Below are positions 41,458 through 51,264 of a DNA stretch of 64,000 nucleotides, in pieces. The notes under the pieces were generated by a model. That model searched no databases. It saw only the letters and a program-made list of their open reading frames with translations, and was not told the DNA's origin. A program made the translations under genes and the position numbers. Origin of the DNA: Gammaproteobacteria bacterium (lineage in GTDB: Bacteria; Pseudomonadota; Gammaproteobacteria; CBDBNL01; JAAOII01); assembly GCA_965209035.1 (NCBI GenBank), contig OZ242372.1, forward strand, positions 992,001 to 1,056,000, written 5' to 3'. Within the stretch, counting starts at the first letter, position 1, and each line of letters begins with the position of its first letter.

Positions 41458-43011
41458 GACGGCTGGGGAATGGGTGCCGATGAAGACGGCAATGCCGTTT
41501 TACATGCCGCTACTCCTAACTGGGATCGGTTGTGGTCGACGGCACCGCACCGCAGTTTGAACGCCGGCGGCGCGGCGGTGGGACTGCCTCTCGGTCAGAT
41601 GGGCAACTCCGAAGTGGGGCATTTAAATATCGGCGCCGGACGCATTGTGTATCAGAGTTTATTGCGGATTAACCGCGCCCTGCTATCGGATGCATCGGGC
41701 GAAGCATCAGGCGAAGCATCAAGTGAACATGCGACCAACACAGAACTGCAACACTTTTTTGCCGAACACCGGCAACGAGGGGGGCGTCTGCATCTGGCGG
41801 GACTCCTTTCCGATGGCGGTGTCCACAGTCACCTAAAACATCTGTTCGCCCTGTGCCGTCTTGCAAAAGAAGCCGGCATTACGGATTTTTGTGTTCATGT
41901 TTTCACGGACGGGCGCGACACGAATCAAAAGTCCGCCGCCGCCTATTTGGGGCAACTGGAAAAATGCTTGCATGAACTCGGCACGGGGACTATCGCTTCC
42001 GTATCCGGCAGATACTATGCGATGGACCGGGACAACCGATGGGAGCGAACCGCCGAGGCTTACGCGGCACTCATAGGCGGAGGCGGATGCAGAGACAGTG
42101 GCAGTGATGTCCCGGTTGCGCGCAGCCCGGCGGAAGGTCTGCAACAAAATTATGCGGCGGGACTGACCGATGAGTTTGTCAAACCCTTTCGGATTAGCGA
42201 TGCGCCGGCTTTCCAACCGCAAGACTCTTTGATTACCTTCAACTTTCGTGCCGATCGTATGCGCCAATTAATGAAGGCGCTTGCCTCTCCCGACTTTGGC
42301 GAATGGGAGCGGCCGTTTGTCCCGGCGAAGGAAAACTTGCTGACAATGACCCCCTATGACGAGAGCCTGCCGTTGCGATCTCTGTTCACGACAGAGCCGC
42401 CCGCGGATGTTCTGGGAGAAGTCTTGGCGAACGCCGGCAAGACGCAATTACGCTTGGCGGAAACGGAAAAGTTTGCCCATGTCACCTATTTTTTTAATGG
42501 CGGGCGGGAAGCCCCCTTCGCCGGCGAAGAACGCATCCTCATCCCCTCCCTCAAAGTGGCAACATACGACCTGGCACCGCAGATGCGGGCGGAGGAAATT
42601 ACCGATGCCCTCTGTCGGGGCATCGCATCCGGGAAATACGATTTTATTCTGTGCAATTACGCCAACGGCGATATGGTCGGACACAGCGGCAAGTTGGATG
42701 CCGCCGTCTTGGCAGTCCAAACATTGGATCTTTGTCTGGGAAAACTTCTCGCCCAAATCCGTCAGAGTAACGCGCATGCTCTTATAACGGCCGACCATGG
42801 CAACTGCGAAAAAATGATAACGGATGACGGTCTGCCGCACACCGCCCACACACTCAATCCCGTTCCGCTGGTGTACTGCGGCCCCAAGCAAGCGGTGTTT
42901 CATCGGGAACCCGCCGGCTTGTCTTCTCTGGCGCCTTCCGTGTTACAGTTGATGGGTTTGCCGCAGCCGGCGAAAATGGACGGGGTGCCTCTTTTCAGTT
43001 CTCTTGCTTAA
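41392..43011 (+). CDS. gpmI: 2,3-bisphosphoglycerate-independent phosphoglycerate mutase
   Basis: LIILDGWG, GQMGNSEVGH, DGGVHSH, GRYYAMDRD, AETEK, DMVGH, TADHGN. Confidence 0.98.
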   Translation: MTDKTKQATKQATKQAVLLIILDGWGMGADEDGNAVLHAATPNWDRLWSTAPHRSLNAGGAAVGLPLGQMGNSEVGHLNIGAGRIVYQSLLRINRALLSDASGEASGEASSEHATNTELQHFFAEHRQRGGRLHLAGLLSDGGVHSHLKHLFALCRLAKEAGITDFCVHVFTDGRDTNQKSAAAYLGQLEKCLHELGTGTIASVSGRYYAMDRDNRWERTAEAYAALIGGGGCRDSGSDVPVARSPAEGLQQNYAAGLTDEFVKPFRISDAPAFQPQDSLITFNFRADRMRQLMKALASPDFGEWERPFVPAKENLLTMTPYDESLPLRSLFTTEPPADVLGEVLANAGKTQLRLAETEKFAHVTYFFNGGREAPFAGEERILIPSLKVATYDLAPQMRAEEITDALCRGIASGKYDFILCNYANGDMVGHSGKLDAAVLAVQTLDLCLGKLLAQIRQSNAHALITADHGNCEKMITDDGLPHTAHTLNPVPLVYCGPKQAVFHREPAGLSSLAPSVLQLMGLPQPAKMDGVPLFSSLA

Positions 43012-43098
43012 AAGATCGGACAAGCGGCAGCGAACATGAAATCGGCCGGGAAGCAGTCGGGCAAGAAGCCGGGCATGAAAACATAAAAGGATGAAAGG

Positions 43099-43677
43099 AT
43101 GGCAAAAAGGGTAACACGCGGCCCTGCCGACGGCAAGGGAATGGGAAGAAAAAGAGGCGCGGCTGCCAAAGAGACATCAACAGCCGGAATAATAGACGAA
43201 ATAATAGCCGGAACAGCAGACGAAAAAACGGACGGCGCAGTAACGGGCAAAGAACGCGCCGGCGGGGCGGATGAAAAAGAACGCGAGATGCTTCCGGGTG
43301 CACTTCCGGAAACACTTCCAAAGACGCCCCCAAACTTTGAAGAAGCATTCGTGTCGCCAAGGCACACTATACCTCGCCGCGTGTCTCGTCGCCCGAAAAA
43401 GAAGATGATTCTGTTCGCCCTGCTGTTCGGGGCCGGCGGTATCCTGCTGACCGCCGCTTTATTAATCAGCATGGATTTGCTATTTAAGCCGGTTGCCGTT
43501 CTTTCCGATCCCTCAAAAAACGGGAAAATTAAAAACGATATCGTCCAACTTCGGGGCGAAATTCAACTTCTGTATGAAAAACGAAACAGCCTGTTAGCCG
43601 AACAACGCAAACTGAAAACCGCCTTAAACAAAATCCAAGAATATCTTTCCGAATCCGAACCGGGCATTAATAAGTAA
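43099..43677 (+). CDS. Hypothetical bitopic membrane protein with C-terminal coiled coil
   Basis: Good RBS (AAGGA), disordered N-terminus, one TM segment after RRPKKK, heptad-like C-terminus. Confidence 0.6.
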   Translation: MAKRVTRGPADGKGMGRKRGAAAKETSTAGIIDEIIAGTADEKTDGAVTGKERAGGADEKEREMLPGALPETLPKTPPNFEEAFVSPRHTIPRRVSRRPKKKMILFALLFGAGGILLTAALLISMDLLFKPVAVLSDPSKNGKIKNDIVQLRGEIQLLYEKRNSLLAEQRKLKTALNKIQEYLSESEPGINK

Positions 43678-43880
43678 ATAACCATAAATAACCGGGGCCG
43701 ACAGCACCCGGCGAATGCCGGAATAACCGGAATAAAAAGGAATCTCGAAAAACTGACTTAAAAGAAACCGGTGCCGGTGACCCGGCGGCACATCTGCCGG
43801 CGATCAGCGGCGGCAGCCGCGACCGGCATAATAATGCCGCGAATGTTAAAGCCTTAAGCGGGTTAATCGGGTTAATCAGG

Positions 43881-45185
43881 TTAATCAGATAAGTCGGATA
43901 CGTCCTTGACGAGAATCTTGCCCTTGCGTTCCAGACAATCCTGTGGGACAGTGATCTTCTCTTTGGTCGGTTTATAGCCGCGCTCACGAAACCAAGCAAC
44001 CGACTGAGTACTCACCGCCACCAGATACCGATAGTTCCTTTCGGCCGCCAAACGCTCCATAGAACGCAGCAAACGACCGCCGTAACCGCGGCCGCCAAAT
44101 TCTTTGCCAACCACCACACATTCCAATTCCACATAACCGGGGTTCTCCTTAATCGGCGACAGCGCGGCACAGCCCACCAGAACGCCGTCTTGCTTAATAA
44201 TCCGAAACCTCTCCCGGGTATCTTCCAGTACCCGCAAAGAGCGCGGCCGCAAGATGCCTTCCTCTTCCAGCGGCTCTATCATTTTTTTTATTTGACGCAT
44301 ATCCGAAACTTCCGGGGCATCCAATCGCTCGTAGATATCCGAGTGCAACATCATCCCCATGCCTTTTGAGGTAAACAATTCTCCGAGCAGTGCGTTCTCA
44401 CATTCAACGGATATCAGATGGGCGCGGCTGACCCGACAAGTGCGACAATAGTATTCGGCAGCGCGCACAAAGGGCATTACCACATCGGGAAGCTCCCGCC
44501 GGCGCGTGTCCGTATCGCGAATATCCAACGCCAAGGAACGACATTCGGCGGGCAGAGAGTCCGTATAAAAAACAATCTTTTTGATGTCCCCCTCTTCGCA
44601 CAATGCGGCAATAATCTCTTGGGTCGGGAGGGCGTAATCTTGCCCGCTCTTATCCGTCGCCAGGTTTGTCAACAACACGATATTGCCTTCCGCAAGTGCG
44701 CGCGCCACCGCATCCGTATCCGCTTTGCGCAGTTTGCCGCGGCGTTGATAATCCGTCCCGTCTATGACACCGAGAGGCTGTGCCAGTAACCAATTCCCCG
44801 CCAAGACCGGCACATGCCCGAGGACATCATGCGCACTGCGGGTCAGGTTGCCGACACACTGCCCCGTTTTTTTCCACAACTTCTCCCTGAGGCTGCTCAA
44901 CTGCGCGGATGTAACGGCACGATTCTTCTCGCCGCGGCGAAAAGAAGGGACGGCAATTCCTTCCAAACAAATGATACAACGAATACCCAAACTGTGACAG
45001 ATCATCAGATCGCGCCAGAAATCCGTCCGCTTCTTGCCGCCGCCGATCAGATCCGTCGGCAACACAAATACCAAGGTCTTGTCTTTGTGTGCCATGATAT
45101 AGGGAACCGCCGACCTCAGGTCAACGGTGTTCGCCGGCTCGCGCGTCGACGCGAGCGAGTTCGGATGATTTGTTTTTTTCGGCAT
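43881..45185 (-). CDS. argA: Amino-acid N-acetyltransferase (N-acetylglutamate synthase), divergent
   Basis: 'RSAVPYIMAHKDKTLV', 'GN...AQPLGVIDGTDY', 'LLGELFT..G.G', GNAT domain 'IEPLEEEGIL..RS', 'WFRERG'. Confidence 0.88.
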   Translation of the reverse strand: MPKKTNHPNSLASTREPANTVDLRSAVPYIMAHKDKTLVFVLPTDLIGGGKKRTDFWRDLMICHSLGIRCIICLEGIAVPSFRRGEKNRAVTSAQLSSLREKLWKKTGQCVGNLTRSAHDVLGHVPVLAGNWLLAQPLGVIDGTDYQRRGKLRKADTDAVARALAEGNIVLLTNLATDKSGQDYALPTQEIIAALCEEGDIKKIVFYTDSLPAECRSLALDIRDTDTRRRELPDVVMPFVRAAEYYCRTCRVSRAHLISVECENALLGELFTSKGMGMMLHSDIYERLDAPEVSDMRQIKKMIEPLEEEGILRPRSLRVLEDTRERFRIIKQDGVLVGCAALSPIKENPGYVELECVVVGKEFGGRGYGGRLLRSMERLAAERNYRYLVAVSTQSVAWFRERGYKPTKEKITVPQDCLERKGKILVKDVSDLSD

Positions 45186-46228
45186 CAGTCCCTTTTTTGC
45201 AATGCAACAGATTTTGTAAAATTGACATATTCCGTCAGCTTGGCGAATGCCCCGCCTTCTTTTAGAACGGCACGCGCCTTCTCAATGCCCCGACCAATAT
45301 CCGTCGCCAGACCGGCAACATAAAGCGCCGCCCCCGCATTAAGAATTAAAAAATCGGCGCCGTTGCCGGCTTCGCCTTTCAAGGCGGCGCGCAGAATCTC
45401 CAAACTCTCCGCCGGTGAGGACACTGTCCGCCGTTCCGCTTCTTTTGCCGCGATTCCATAGTCGGCAGGGTCCAGGGTGAACTCGTCTATGTTTCCGTCT
45501 CGCAGTTCAACAATACGTGTTCGGGCAAACGGGCTGATTTCATCCATCCCATCCGCGGAATGCACCAGCAAGACATGCGCACTGCCCAGATCGCGCAGCA
45601 CCTCCGCAAGCGGGCGCAGCCAACGGGCGTCAAACAAACCGATCAACTGCCGCACACAACCGGCGGGATTGGTGAGAGGCCCCAAAAGATTAAAAATTGT
45701 GCGCACCCCCAGTTCGCGGCGAACCGGGGCAACATGCTGCATCGCGGCATGGTGGGCCGGCGCAAAAATAAACCCGAAGCCGACCCGATCCAAGGCCGCG
45801 GCAACCGCCGCGGCGGAAAGTTCCAATGTCGCACCCGCACCGGCAAGCACATCCGCACTGCCACAGGCGCCGGAAACGGCCCGATTGCCGTGCTTGGCTA
45901 CCCTTGCTCCGGCCGCGGCCGCCAACAGGGCCGCACCCGTGGATACATTAAAGGTGAACGAACCGTCACCGCCTGTGCCGCAAGTATCAATTAAATGCTC
46001 CGTGTTTTGAGGGCGCACTTTTAAGCTCAGTCGGCGCATCACCCGAACCGCCCCCTTAATTTCTTCGGCTGTCTCGCCTTTGGCCCTGAGTGCCACCAAC
46101 AAAGCGGAAATTTGCACCTGCGACAAGCTGCCCGCCATGATCTCCCCAATCAGGGACTCCGCCGCGGCGGCGGTCAGATCGTTGCCGTCAATTAACCGAT
46201 TGAGAATCGTCCGATATTCCATTCGCAT
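45185..46228 (-). CDS. trpD: Anthranilate phosphoribosyltransferase
   Basis: DTCGTGGDG..TFNVST, KHGNR, RTIFNLLGPLTNP, DGMDEI. Confidence 0.97.
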   Translation of the reverse strand: MRMEYRTILNRLIDGNDLTAAAAESLIGEIMAGSLSQVQISALLVALRAKGETAEEIKGAVRVMRRLSLKVRPQNTEHLIDTCGTGGDGSFTFNVSTGAALLAAAAGARVAKHGNRAVSGACGSADVLAGAGATLELSAAAVAAALDRVGFGFIFAPAHHAAMQHVAPVRRELGVRTIFNLLGPLTNPAGCVRQLIGLFDARWLRPLAEVLRDLGSAHVLLVHSADGMDEISPFARTRIVELRDGNIDEFTLDPADYGIAAKEAERRTVSSPAESLEILRAALKGEAGNGADFLILNAGAALYVAGLATDIGRGIEKARAVLKEGGAFAKLTEYVNFTKSVALQKRD

Positions 46229-46406
46229 ATTTTAGCACCATATACAGGTAGGATACCGGACAGGTTTGGCTCGGGGTTTGGATTGAGACAAGTTTTGACA
46301 CACCCGACTCCGGCTGCGTAAAAGACAGCGGCCACATCTGACGCAAGTACTATTAGAATAGTTATAATGTTGGAAAAGATAAATAATTTGATCTCTTTAT
46401 AACCTA

Positions 46407-47597
46407 ATGCCTAATCCAGAAATGAAACAACTTTCACAAGAAGAAGTCTTTCAACTTACCGAGACAGTCGCAGAGTTGGGCAAAAATCATGCTTTACTTC
46501 CACCTATTGGGGAAATTAATGCGTTTAAAAGTTTTCTTAACAAGAGTGGTCATCCGGATAAAGAAAACTTGGGCCAGAGAGATGGTGGCTGTACAAGAAG
46601 TGAGTTACTCACCCGATTTTTAATTTTGTGTGCTGTCTTAGATCAGGGGCCGGAGATTAAAGGCGTCCGAAAACTTTTGGTAAAAGTAATTAACCAGTTG
46701 TATGAACAAGAAATTCGTATATTTCATAAACCGGTTTCTTTTTTTCAAGAAATCGGTATATCTGTTGATTCAATATGGAATAACCATGAAAAAATTAAAG
46801 AAGAAAGAGCCGAAATCTGGGCAAGAGATAATCAATCCAATGCAAACAGATATAACTTGTATATGGATAACAGTAAACAAACACTGAGCTACGCTATTTA
46901 TCGTTGGGGTGTTCCTTTGGCACTTCCTTATTTATTGGAGAAAGAATGCTCGCGAAGAGAAACAGCACTATCAGATTATCTAAAGCAATTTAATTCCTCG
47001 GAGCACATGAGTAGGGAGGTAAAAGACCATCGTAAGTATGGATTAGGAAAAGCAATAGGTGATAAGGCATGTCATTTGTTTGCAAAATGGATGGTCTCTA
47101 CTTTCAGTCTTATACAAAGTGAGGAAAAATGCTGGGGAGAATATTCGTTTGAAATTCCCTATGACTCTAATGTGGGCCGAGTATTATGGCGCACAGGATA
47201 CTTGCTCAGGTGGGCATCGCTCCAAGACTACAAAGGATTTGGTGTTATACAACCCGAAGGTCAAAATAATTATTTACGTATTACTAATATTCGCGGAAAA
47301 GGCGTCTCAGATAAAACCATTTTAGATGACACATTAATACGGGAATATGAGAATATCGCTTTGGAACATATTAAGTCTCATAAAAGAAAACCGCAAAAAA
47401 TTGAGATACAAAGATTACAACATGTGTTTTTACGGCAACAAGAGTTAAAACCTTCTCACTTTGACGACGGATTGATTTACATTGGCACCGAATTTTGTTT
47501 TAATCATCAAGAGCCGAATTGTGAAGAGTGCCCATTAAAAGAGATGTGCCTTGCACATAATCATGCTCCACAATTAATAACTGATTATCACACTTAA
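46407..47597 (+). CDS. Uncharacterised HhH-GPD/endonuclease III-superfamily protein with C-terminal [4Fe-4S] motif
   Basis: 'AIGDKAC' (HhH with Lys), 'IPYDSNVGRV..RTG' (catalytic Asp segment), C-x7-C-x2-C-x5-C; visibly AT-rich relative to trpD. Confidence 0.7.
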   Translation: MPNPEMKQLSQEEVFQLTETVAELGKNHALLPPIGEINAFKSFLNKSGHPDKENLGQRDGGCTRSELLTRFLILCAVLDQGPEIKGVRKLLVKVINQLYEQEIRIFHKPVSFFQEIGISVDSIWNNHEKIKEERAEIWARDNQSNANRYNLYMDNSKQTLSYAIYRWGVPLALPYLLEKECSRRETALSDYLKQFNSSEHMSREVKDHRKYGLGKAIGDKACHLFAKWMVSTFSLIQSEEKCWGEYSFEIPYDSNVGRVLWRTGYLLRWASLQDYKGFGVIQPEGQNNYLRITNIRGKGVSDKTILDDTLIREYENIALEHIKSHKRKPQKIEIQRLQHVFLRQQELKPSHFDDGLIYIGTEFCFNHQEPNCEECPLKEMCLAHNHAPQLITDYHT

Positions 47598-48394
47598 GTA
47601 AGTAATTGTTGTTGATCTTTTTCCCCCGAAAGTCTGTAACGATTATGACGCAAGCGAGCCAGGGCAAACTCAAAGTATTCGGGGACAATTTCAAAACCCA
47701 GGTAATGTCTCCCAATGTGCTTGCTCATAAAGGCGACCTGGCCGGAGCCAAGAAAAGGATCCAAAACAAGGTCATTGGGTTCGCTCGCATATTCAAGGAG
47801 TTTCTTCACAATTTCGGCGGGGAGTTTGGTCGGGGTTTTTAGATCCCCGCTCCAATATTCTCGCTTAATTTCCCACACATCTTCCATATCCCGATATCTC
47901 AGACTCCCGCCGTTCATTCCCCGCGCATCGTTCGGATATCGGGCATTGGGGAAAAACTTTCTTTGTTTCTCGTTCTTGCAAAGGAACAGACAGTGATAAT
48001 GCGAACTAATGAAACGGCGGCGGGTATTCACCCCAAATTGATACTTCCAAATAATATGATTGATGGTTGTAAAGCCGACTGCGTCAATCGCATTGAGCAT
48101 ATCTTTCAGGTGATTCCAGCCGGAGAACACAAACGCACTGCCGGACGGCTTAAGCAGCCGATAAGCCTGCCTCAGCCAGTCGCGGGAAAAATCATAGTAG
48201 TTGCCGCTGTCAATTTCCCGATAGCCGGCAAGAACCCGGGAACCTTTGCGATTGTAGTTTGCTCTTTGTGCTTGAAAATCTATGCCAAACGGCGGGTCCG
48301 TAATAATGAGGTCGACACATTCCGGCGGCAGTCGTTGCATCCCCGGCAAGCAATCTTCATTAAAGATTTGGTCCTTTGCGATCTTGATTGTCAT
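47594..48394 (-). CDS. N4/N6 DNA methyltransferase, beta class
   Basis: TDPPF, 'TPTKLP', VLDPFLGSG. Confidence 0.93.
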   Translation of the reverse strand: MTIKIAKDQIFNEDCLPGMQRLPPECVDLIITDPPFGIDFQAQRANYNRKGSRVLAGYREIDSGNYYDFSRDWLRQAYRLLKPSGSAFVFSGWNHLKDMLNAIDAVGFTTINHIIWKYQFGVNTRRRFISSHYHCLFLCKNEKQRKFFPNARYPNDARGMNGGSLRYRDMEDVWEIKREYWSGDLKTPTKLPAEIVKKLLEYASEPNDLVLDPFLGSGQVAFMSKHIGRHYLGFEIVPEYFEFALARLRHNRYRLSGEKDQQQLLT

Positions 48395-48489
48395 GTTCTT
48401 TGAGAAAAATATCCTCGTGCATGAACTGCCCCGCGGGATCCGTCATACTTTATGTCGCTCGCCCGGCTCTTTGTTTGTCCGATGGAATG

Positions 48490-49203
48490 CTATTCCGGTC
48501 CGGCTTGCAACGAGGCATCTATATGGCGATATGGGGGTATGGGTTTTATGCCGGGCATGTCCCGGTCCCGGCAATTCTCCTTGTTCTCACCGCCAATGCA
48601 AAAATAGTGCGCCTTTAAATGTGGCAGATTGAAAATAAGAACCTCGGCGTGAAACAAAATCCCCGGAAATACATCTTTCGGTAAACTGACGATACTGCTG
48701 ATAGGCGGGTATTCGCCTCGCACAAACTTCATCCAACGGGCACTATGAAAACTCTGATTAAGCCGAAACCCGTAAGGGGTGAACAACACCATAGGAACAT
48801 CCAATCCAAATAATTCTATCGCTTTATGAAGCCATAACTCGGGCAATAGCGGTCTGCCACCATAATGCGCCTTGACATATTCCTTGGTTTTTTTATCAAT
48901 ATTAAAGGGCGGGTTGGCTATCACCAATCCCGGTTTGGGTATTTCGCCCTTTTCAATCGCCAGATAATTGCACACCTCGGTATTCGCGAACCCCTGATCT
49001 TCCACATCAATCCCCAACACCTCAAAGCCATTTTGCTGAAACGGCTTCAATAACGAGCCCGCACCCACGCAAGGATCAAAAACAAGGCCTTTAATGTGAG
49101 GACTGAGGATAGAATAAAGAAACTGACTGACAAAATCGGGAGTATGCACAGTCGCTTTCTTTGTTTCCCGATAAAAGTTATTTCTGTCTACCCTGTAAAC
49201 CAT
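48490..49203 (-). CDS. Small N6-adenine DNA methyltransferase-like protein, gamma-class motif order
   Basis: 'HTP', FDPCVGAGSLL, then NPPF; no obvious C-terminal target-recognition domain. Confidence 0.8.
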   Translation of the reverse strand: MVYRVDRNNFYRETKKATVHTPDFVSQFLYSILSPHIKGLVFDPCVGAGSLLKPFQQNGFEVLGIDVEDQGFANTEVCNYLAIEKGEIPKPGLVIANPPFNIDKKTKEYVKAHYGGRPLLPELWLHKAIELFGLDVPMVLFTPYGFRLNQSFHSARWMKFVRGEYPPISSIVSLPKDVFPGILFHAEVLIFNLPHLKAHYFCIGGENKENCRDRDMPGIKPIPPYRHIDASLQAGPE

Positions 49204-49318
49204 ACATTCAACCGGTTTTATCTTTTTTGTAAATACCTATACGGGCGTTTGTCGGCGTCCATGCTCTTTTTTCATATCAGTTTGATTATATACCGGACGA
49301 AATGAATAAATTGCAACA

Positions 49319-51133
49319 CTAATGCTTTTCCCGGGCGAACAAACTCTCCAACTCTTTTTGGTAGTCTTTGGTGCGCGCTTCTATTTCTTCCCGACTGAGG
49401 TTGGAAAGGTCGTTGCGCAGCATGCGTTGATCAAAGTCGCGAAAAATACGGCCGATCTCCCGGCTGCGTGCCGGCGTGAAGTCCAGTTCTTCCAACAGGT
49501 CGCAGGTCATCGCGAGACTGGTGTCAAACAGTTCGCGATAAATGAACTCCTCCTTCAATCCGGCTTGCAGCAGGGCGCGGGCATGGGTTCGGTCCCGGGC
49601 GCGCGCCAGCAATTTTAAGTGCGGGAAGTTCCGCTGTGCCTGTTCCACCATCTTGACGGAGGTCTTGACCGCGTCTATGCAGATCGCCATGCATCTTGCA
49701 TGCTCCGCTCCGGCCGCTCGCAAAAGTTTAAGGTCGGACGGATCGCCGTAGTAAACCTTGCTGCCGAAGCGGCGGGCAACTTCTATTTGCTTAATGTCCT
49801 TGTCCACCGCGACAAACGGGATATTTTGCGAGCTGAGGACTCTGGCGAGAACCTGGCCGAAGCGGCCGAAGCCCACAATAATCACCGGTCCCTCCTGTTC
49901 GGGAATATCGTCATAGGGACGCTCTGTCTGAGAGGACGGCAAGGGCTTGTGCAGTTTGGAAAATTTTCGCAACACATAGGGCAGCGCAAAAGAAATAAGC
50001 GGACTCAGAATCATTGACATGGAAATGAGCAGGGTCAGAATCTGACCATGGGTACCTCCCAGAATTGGATTTTCGGCCGCACTTTGAATCACAACAAATG
50101 CAAACTCGCCGCCCTGGCTGATGTTAACCGCCAATCTTATGGCGTCCTTGCCTTTCAGCCCTCCCAAGCGGGCAATGAAAAACATAACGAGCATTTTAAT
50201 TGCCAAGTAAACCAAACAGAGGCCAAAAACAAGCGGGGCGAATTGTTTCAGGAGTTCCCAATCAATACTCATACCGACCGCCAAAAAGAAAATACCGAGG
50301 ATGATACTTTTGAACGGCTCCACCTCGGATTCTATCTGATGGCGATATTCCGATTCGGACAAAACCAGGCCGGCAATAAAACCGCCCAAGGCCATGGAGA
50401 TGCCGATTAATTCCATCAGCGATGCCGAAACGAGGACGACGAGTAACGCCAGGGCCGTAAAAATATCCCGGCTCCTGACTCGGGCAACGAAACGAAAGAT
50501 AGGATTCAACAAATATCTGCCGCCAAAGTAAAGAGCCGCAACAACGGAAATCTTCAAGAGACCGGACAGTGCCCAGTGCATCTCACCTTCCGCCCCGCCG
50601 GCCGATGCGGCGGAATCCGGCGCCAAAAAGACCACCAGGGCCAGAGCCGGCACAACCGCCATATCTTGCAACAGAAGGATTGCCAGTTGCACTCGGCCGG
50701 AAGGCGTTACCAACTCGCCGTTCTCTTCCAGATTTTGCAAAACGATGGCCGTGGACGAGAATGCAAGACAGGTGCCGACAACCAAGGCAATTTGCCAGTC
50801 CGGCAAAAAGAGCATAAAAATCCCGCCGAAAACCGCAATACAAATCAGCATCTGCAGCGAACCCAGACCGAAGACCCGGTGCCGCATCTCCCAGAGTGTG
50901 CGCGGATTAATCTCCAAGCCGGTCAAAAACAGGAACAGAACCACCCCGATTTCCGAAAAATGCAAGATGGTCTGGGTATCTTCCACCTGCCGGGAAACAT
51001 AGGGGGCGATGAGCGCGCCGGCAACAAGATAGCCGACCACCGAACCGAGTTTCATATAGCGAAACAACGGCACGGCTATCACAGCCGCGCCAAGCAAGAT
51101 AACGGACAAAAGAAGGGTGTCGTGCAGGGTCAT
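49319..51133 (-). CDS. KefB/KefC-type CPA2 potassium efflux antiporter with RCK domain
   Basis: 'LGSVVGYL.AG', FSSTAIVLQ, 'SEYRHQIES..EPFK', GFGRFGQ, YYGD. Confidence 0.93.
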   Translation of the reverse strand: MTLHDTLLLSVILLGAAVIAVPLFRYMKLGSVVGYLVAGALIAPYVSRQVEDTQTILHFSEIGVVLFLFLTGLEINPRTLWEMRHRVFGLGSLQMLICIAVFGGIFMLFLPDWQIALVVGTCLAFSSTAIVLQNLEENGELVTPSGRVQLAILLLQDMAVVPALALVVFLAPDSAASAGGAEGEMHWALSGLLKISVVAALYFGGRYLLNPIFRFVARVRSRDIFTALALLVVLVSASLMELIGISMALGGFIAGLVLSESEYRHQIESEVEPFKSIILGIFFLAVGMSIDWELLKQFAPLVFGLCLVYLAIKMLVMFFIARLGGLKGKDAIRLAVNISQGGEFAFVVIQSAAENPILGGTHGQILTLLISMSMILSPLISFALPYVLRKFSKLHKPLPSSQTERPYDDIPEQEGPVIIVGFGRFGQVLARVLSSQNIPFVAVDKDIKQIEVARRFGSKVYYGDPSDLKLLRAAGAEHARCMAICIDAVKTSVKMVEQAQRNFPHLKLLARARDRTHARALLQAGLKEEFIYRELFDTSLAMTCDLLEELDFTPARSREIGRIFRDFDQRMLRNDLSNLSREEIEARTKDYQKELESLFAREKH

Positions 51134-51264
51134 ATGAAGGTTTTACGGTTAAACAAGTTAAAGGATGAACTACAAAATATTATAAGAAGGCAAGACCAAG
51201 AAAGAGAGACGGAAACGGCAAGACCCTTCGCCATTTATGGTATCATATCAACTAAACCTCTTTT

